A stretch of 64,000 nucleotides of DNA, the filler included, from Stramenopiles sp. TOSAG23-3 (taxonomy: Eukaryota), in the NCBI GenBank assembly GCA_900128585.1. It is 10 parts of 10 records of this genome, joined end to end, with 100 filler letters (N's around TTAATTAATTAA, not from the genome) between each part and the next. Parts side by side here need not be neighbours in the genome. Positions count along the whole stretch, not along the records: positions 58,735 to 60,446 come from LT645501.1; positions 60,547 to 62,257 come from LT645502.1; positions 62,358 to 64,000 come from LT645580.1; 7 more parts are not named here. The stretch is one strand, 5' to 3'. Position 1 is the stretch's first letter. Each line of letters begins with the position of its first letter. The notes below the pieces were generated by a model. It did not search any database. It saw nothing but the letters and a program-made list of their open reading frames with translations, and was not told where the DNA came from. Shown piece by piece: positions 58,735 to 64,000 of this stretch. Made by a program: the position numbers and the translations under genes.

Positions 58735-60003
58735 TGGCTCGAATCCATTTCGACAAACCCGTTGCCAGACAAATCGCCAGAACACCTAGATCTCGACACT
58801 GTCTTTTTAATTACACGGCATGGAGATAGGGCGCCGGGGAAGAATGCTTTTGTTGGATCAATGCCAGAAGAGGAGCGCGAAGTTGAAGCGTGGAACCAAG
58901 TGATTGCAAAAACGCAGAGAGAAGAGGAAATAGGCAAGCTGCAAGATTTGTTTCCCGTAAGAAATACAAATACGGAAACATTGGACAGCAAAAGCGCCCC
59001 ATTTGGTGCCCTAACATCAAAAGGCGTCGACCAATTAAAGAGTGTCGGTGCCATGTACAAAAATATATACGACCACGAAGGTTTTGAGTACGACTGTACC
59101 TCCATCACCGCTCGAGCCTCAAACTTTGACCGCACACAACTGTCCGGCCAAGCGATGTTGTATGGTATGCTGGGGGAATCAGGCATTTCGCGATTACCAA
59201 TAAGCGTTCACTATGAGAAACAGTGCGCACTTCAGCCATACGAAGGACTCCCCCGTTTGGTTGAAAAGGCTAAGGAAATGGAGAAGTTACCATTTTTTGT
59301 CGAGCGAGAAAGAAAAGTCTCAACTTTAAGGGAAAGGTTCATTGAAAACGTTCCAATGTTTCAACCGCCGCTTCACTTCCAGTGGATATATGCCGGAGAC
59401 TCGTTATTTTGCCGCCATGCCCACGAAGGAGTGGATGGGGTTTCTCGCCCCAGTGGCGCGTTTGAAAGTTTGATGAATGACAAGGACCGGATCCAAGCGC
59501 TTCAGCAGGTAAGCTGGCGATTTGGCACATGGTACAGCGATTGCGAGATTTTGAAATTGGCCGTCGGGCATTTAATAGTTGAAATTGGGATTCTGGTTGC
59601 AGATCGGCTTTGCGACAGTAGGCTAAAAGCGAGGCTGGAAAATACGCTAGAATTGTTTCCAGGGCAAGAACAAGATCTCAGTGCTGCGACTGAGAATAAA
59701 AATGGACGCATGTACGTTTACATGGGCCACGATGTAACCGTGTGTCCTTTGCTCAAAGCCATTGGGGCATGGGACGGGTTGTGGCCCGATTATGCCTCGA
59801 CAGTGGCCATTGAGCTATATCGTGACCAGACGAATAGAGATCGAAGCTTCATTTCGGTACTGTACAATGGAATGCCGCTTAAAATGGGGGTTGGCGCAGA
59901 CTGTGTCCATTCAACTGGGAACCCTAGACACTTCTGCTCGACTTCCGACTTTGTCGATAGGGTGGAAGCGATTGCTATGGAACAGGAGATTTTCAATATG
60001 TAA
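58735..60003 (+). CDS. Histidine acid phosphatase (ACP6-like), 5' truncated
   Basis: RHGDRAP, GALTSKG..Q, R.SNFDRT and GHDVT...WPDYAS. Confidence 0.92.
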   Translation, partial: WLESISTNPLPDKSPEHLDLDTVFLITRHGDRAPGKNAFVGSMPEEEREVEAWNQVIAKTQREEEIGKLQDLFPVRNTNTETLDSKSAPFGALTSKGVDQLKSVGAMYKNIYDHEGFEYDCTSITARASNFDRTQLSGQAMLYGMLGESGISRLPISVHYEKQCALQPYEGLPRLVEKAKEMEKLPFFVERERKVSTLRERFIENVPMFQPPLHFQWIYAGDSLFCRHAHEGVDGVSRPSGAFESLMNDKDRIQALQQVSWRFGTWYSDCEILKLAVGHLIVEIGILVADRLCDSRLKARLENTLELFPGQEQDLSAATENKNGRMYVYMGHDVTVCPLLKAIGAWDGLWPDYASTVAIELYRDQTNRDRSFISVLYNGMPLKMGVGADCVHSTGNPRHFCSTSDFVDRVEAIAMEQEIFNM

Positions 60004-60107
60004 ATTAGCAGACGATTTTTCTTGGGAAGACTTTTTTACCGACATTTATTTCTCGTGGCTGACATGCTGTTGGCACAAAATAATGTTAAGTGATATCATA
60101 CTATTAT

Positions 60108-60182
60108 AAAAACAAGAAAATTGGCTGTTATTATTTAAGTAATTAAATTAGAAAATTGGCTGTTATTTAAGTAATTAAATTT
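60108..60182 (+). repeat. Dispersed 3'-end element, tandem double copy flanked by 13-bp direct repeats
   Basis: AACAAGAAAATTGGCTGTTATTATTTAAGTAATTAAATT then AGAAAATTGGCTGTTATTTAAGTAATTAAATT; ATATCATACTATT at 60093 and 60189. Confidence 0.85.
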
Positions 60183-60267
60183 AGCTTAATATCATACTAT
60201 TTCGTAAGTATTTGTTGTGTGATTGTGTGTAGTGTAGATCAGTATTTGTTTTAATCAAACTGGGCTT

Positions 60268-60446
60268 TTACCCTTTTTCTACTGCCACCAAACCCACCCC
60301 AGAGATGTCAAATGATTGCTCGTGATCAATTCGCCCCGCTGCGATTTCGGAACCAATGTGCAACTCCCTCCATTGTTTGCCATCGCTTGAAATTGCCAAA
60401 CGGGTTCTAACTCCATTCTGAGCACCGCTTGGTACATGCGCGTCGT
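60268..60446 (-). CDS. C-terminal fragment of an unknown gene (contig edge)
   Basis: Open frame DAHVPSGAQNGVRTRLAISSDGKQWRELHIG...VEKG* from the contig end. Confidence 0.45.
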
Positions 60447-60547
60447 NNNNNNNNNNNNNNNNNNNNNNNNNNNNNNNNNNNNNNNNNNNNTTAATTAATT
60501 AANNNNNNNNNNNNNNNNNNNNNNNNNNNNNNNNNNNNNNNNNNNNC

Positions 60548-60793
60548 TTTACGAGCAACAAACGAGGGGGGGCATCAACTTCGGCGAACGCACGCCTCGC
60601 CAAAATGCAAACGCAGAGGGCAACAAACCCTTGAAAGCGTCGCGAGAACATTCTGTACTGTAATCGTTGGTATAGTGTGTTTAGTCCCCAGTTCCGTTGT
60701 CAGCATGAAAAGTCGAGCGTGGGTCATGGAAGAAGGAGAATGGGAAGAATACAATTTCTCCAAGTACTTCAATACATTACCTGACACCGCATG
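60548..60793 (+). CDS. C-terminal fragment of an unknown gene (contig edge)
   Basis: Open frame FTSNKRGG...WEEYNFSKYFNTLPDTA* followed by an AT-rich spacer. Confidence 0.35.
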
Positions 60794-61515
60794 AAACATA
60801 GAAAATTGGGAAAAACACCTATATAATAATAGTGTCAAAGAAGAAGAAGAACATTTTTATTATTATGAGAAAAAAAAATAAAAAATAATAAATAGAACAA
60901 TAATAGAACAACAAAAACAACACAAAAAAAAACAGGCAAGTAGCATAGTATTAATACAATAAATATTATGAGATATTTATAATAATTTAAGAAGAAGAAG
61001 AAGAACGTGGGTATAATTGGTCCAATAATATATAATAATATAGGAAGGAGGTGGGTATATTTAGTAATTAAATATTTAATTCTTCTTCTTCTTTTTTTCT
61101 TCTCTCTCTTCTTCTTCTTCTTCTTTTCTAAAAAATAATTTAAATTATTATTATTATAAAAGTTATGTTATGTCTTCGAAGAACAAAATCGATCATCCTT
61201 CTTTTATATATTTTGTTATAATACCTTGGTATAATACCTCCTATTGATAAAAACAAGAAAATTGGTTTTTATTTATTTTATCTCTTGGTTGAATAGGTTC
61301 AAAATGAATACGAAAACATATAAAAAAAAAAAAAAATTATTATTATTACATAAAAAAAAAACAAATTATATATTTTAGTATGCTTTAACACTCCCATTTA
61401 ATTATAATGTGTGCCAATAAAAATCAGATTTATATGTACAGCCAATATATATTCTTAGTATCATAGACTAACTTACTGTTTTTACTAATTCTTTAAAGAT
61501 TACACTCTCTTATTT

Positions 61516-62257
61516 TTACATCTTATCAAGGCAGGTGGCCTTTGTGTTCAAAAACTTGTCGTTTGTCTTCAGGTTCGACGTGTCGACCTCGTCGTCGTTG
61601 AATGCAGTTTTGGGAATTCTTTTCGGGGCGTTCTTTTTGTCTGTATCTTCATCTGTCGAAGACTCATCCCCGCTGGTCGAAGATGCCGTGGAGGACGATG
61701 GGCTTTTCGCGCCTTTTTTAGGGGTGGACTTGCCGGTTTTCTGCTTTTTCGTGGGAGACGGGTTGTTCGCTTCCATCTCCTCCTTTCTCTTCTGCGCCTC
61801 CTCCTGGTACGGTCGCTTTTCTTCTTCCGTGAGGGAGGTCCACTTGGCCCCCGTGAGCTTCATGATCTCGGTGCTGGTGGTCCCGTCGGGGGCGCTGCTG
61901 ACGATATGTGGGCGAATGGCCTTGGTGAACAGGTTGTACGCGGAGGGGGCGCGGGGAACCTTGTTTTTTTTTTGCTTTGGGGACGGTTGGGCCCCAATGG
62001 ACATCTGCCGCTGGATCAACCTCTTTTTCGCCTTAATCTCCATCTCCCTCTTCCGTTCCTTGTCCCGGGCGCGCGCGCTTAACAGCCGCTCCCCTTGCCG
62101 GTTGGTCTCGCTCAAATCCTTCAGGCTGGAAGCATCGGCGGGAAGCAACTGCAGGATTTTGGTGAGTGCTACCCTTTTCTCCTTGACCCAACTCAGCCAC
62201 TCGTCGCCGGCCTCTTCGGCGAACTCTTTCGCGCTCAGGTTACTAAAGTACTCGTTC
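61516..62257 (-). CDS. HMG-box protein, 5' truncated
   Basis: PRAPSAYNLFTKAIR...EIMKLTGAKWTSLTEEEKRPYQEEA. Confidence 0.88.
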
Positions 62258-62516
62258 NNNNNNNNNNNNNNNNNNNNNNNNNNNNNNNNNNNNNNNNNNN
62301 NTTAATTAATTAANNNNNNNNNNNNNNNNNNNNNNNNNNNNNNNNNNNNNNNNNNNNTACATTCTAATGTAATACTACCACGCAGTATTCTACGATGCAC
62401 GTTCAATACTTACAAAATCACCAAAAAAAATTTGGGAAGTGAAAAGGTCTCTTTCGACAATTTCTCATCATATCATCGATGATCATCATTGCTTTGAAAC
62501 ATTTGTTACTAAACAC

Positions 62517-62518
<2 letters not shown>

Positions 62519-62561
<43 letters not shown>
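62519..62561. repeat. (AG)n microsatellite
   Basis: Direct reading. Confidence 0.95.
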
Positions 62562-62565
<4 letters not shown>

Positions 62566-63055
62566 AAACCCATTGTGTGTGCTTGAATGAACTGGGGCAA
62601 AGGAAAATATTTTATAGGAGTCCCGACCGTTGTTTTCGAAATTGTTTTCTTTTTTGAAGCAGGCGACGAAATGCACTGACCGAGCGAAACGTTTCTCGTT
62701 TGGCAAGACAAAGATACTAATGTAAGTAACACGTACTCGCATCTGCCTTGCCTTGTAATTTTATTTTGCCGTTCCCCCCACCCGTTTCTCCCTCTCCCTC
62801 TCCCTTGCCTTTGTCGCCGAACGTCTAATTTTGTTTGAAACTTTATGTTTCTAATGGGACTGAAAGCGTAGATTAAATGCTTCGTTAAAAGCCGAACATT
62901 TCTATTTCTAAGATATATTCGGAAGAACCGTCGCAACAATACTTTCACAACGCCTTTACTTCCTGTCTGCCCCTTTCGTATGTTTACTGACAACGTTTTG
63001 TTTGACCTTCAGCTCACTAGCTGCCGTGTCTTTATTCTCTGTCGCAATTTTGAAA

Positions 63056-63607
63056 ATGTTAGTCGATAGTGAAACCACGTCCAAGTTGTGGATATCATTT
63101 TATTATTCATGTTTGTACTGTTTTTTCCGTGTCTTCATCACCGCGAGCGTCGACGCCCTCGTATTATTTCAATCACTTACTGATCCGTGGTCAGAGATCC
63201 TTTACTATGAGCTAAATATAGATTGGAAGTTTTGCTTAGCGGAATTTTACTACGTTGCTGTGACAGAACCTTGGGCATTGTGTATATTTGTGGCGATCTT
63301 TACCCTGGCCATATGGAGTTCTGCCCTTGTGACTTGTCTGGACGAGTGCGGGTGTGGGGCACTTGGGGATTTTTTTGAGAGTTTTTTCAGTCTTTTGTCA
63401 AGTTCTTCAGGCGACAACGAAGATGATTTTGCGGACCTTCCGGACATTTTTGGAGAAGATGATGAGGAAGCCCAGGCCACGAAAAAAGTCAATTGTTCTT
63501 TTACCAAGCGAGGGAGGGAAGAAACGGTCGACGACTACGACCGTCTTGTATACCATCCTACGTATGGGGTTATCCCCATAGGTGTGTTTAAGCGTTGGGA
63601 TTTGTAA
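63056..63607 (+). CDS. Hypothetical membrane protein with acidic C-terminal tail
   Basis: Two hydrophobic segments, acidic region, C-terminal YDRLVYHPTYGVIP. Confidence 0.5.
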   Translation: MLVDSETTSKLWISFYYSCLYCFFRVFITASVDALVLFQSLTDPWSEILYYELNIDWKFCLAEFYYVAVTEPWALCIFVAIFTLAIWSSALVTCLDECGCGALGDFFESFFSLLSSSSGDNEDDFADLPDIFGEDDEEAQATKKVNCSFTKRGREETVDDYDRLVYHPTYGVIPIGVFKRWDL

Positions 63608-63883
63608 AGAATGATTCCCCAATGTGCTGCTCCAATTCTTGTACAAAAAAATTAAGATCTTAAAAGAACGTTTGTTCACTCCAACGAAGAGAGTGTTGCG
63701 TTGTTGGGCCGGGTTGGAGCTTTAGCTCGAGTGTAAATTAAAAAGGCAGCAGTAACGCCGATATTTTGAATAAAAAATATTTTTTATAAGAAAATGAAAA
63801 TAAAACTAATTATTTGGTATATGAAGAAGATAAAAATTAAAAAAAAACAAAAAACTGGGTGTTGTTGTTGTTTAAAAGTAAAA

Positions 63884-63938
63884 AAACAAGAAATTTGGCA
63901 GTTATTTAAGTAATTAAAATTTTAATGTACTGCGAACT
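63884..63938 (+). repeat. Dispersed 3'-end element, longest copy
   Basis: AAACAAGAAATTTGGCAGTTATTTAAGTAATTAAAATTTTAATGTACTGCGAACT; second ACTGCGAACTTAT at ~63981. Confidence 0.85.
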
Positions 63939-64000
63939 GAAATCTAGATTTAGACATTCTAGGTTTACATTCCTTCATGAACTGCGAACTTATCTTTGCT

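Noticed and set aside
11004-62313. Recurrent palindromic TTAATTAATTAA
   Set aside because: Always embedded in N runs; an artificial six-frame-stop contig linker

Overview
Eukaryotic (protist, probably stramenopile-like; inference) genomic DNA that is gene-dense and nearly intron-free, with GC-richer coding regions and very AT-rich low-complexity spacers. The window is not one locus. It is ten contigs/scaffolds joined by artificial N..TTAATTAATTAA..N linkers in decreasing size order (five of ~11 kb, then ~1.7 kb pieces), so adjacency across linkers is meaningless. About 28 genes or gene fragments are visible. Recognisable products are S1/P1 nuclease, GAF-PDE, FN3-WW-HECT ligase, HAD nucleotidase, CEP19-like/Tudor/RP2 fusion, CBL, urea transporter, two TLC-like paralogues, BMT2, SLC17 MFS, tandem DCD protein, a giant Pmp-like surface protein, an LRR protein, a class-V PLP enzyme, a head-to-head EF-hand paralogue pair, COX5B (one intron), CBS protein, renalase, a TRAF-ankyrin giant, a 5-repeat Myb, GH18-like protein, acid phosphatase and HMG box. 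Highlights: (1) a conserved ~35-55 bp element (AACAAGAAAATTGGCTGTTATTTAAGTAATTAAA..., often followed by an ACTGCGAAC box) at gene 3' ends on seven independent contigs; (2) an LRR array with an almost invariant DNA framework and shuffled hypervariable surface codons; (3) a dynein stalk/microtubule-binding-like module inside a TRAF-zinc-finger/ankyrin protein; (4) a CEP19-like/RP2 fusion; (5) a 39-nt tandem duplication that creates a perfect GT-AG intron candidate; (6) divergent paralogues sharing motifs I do not recognise.
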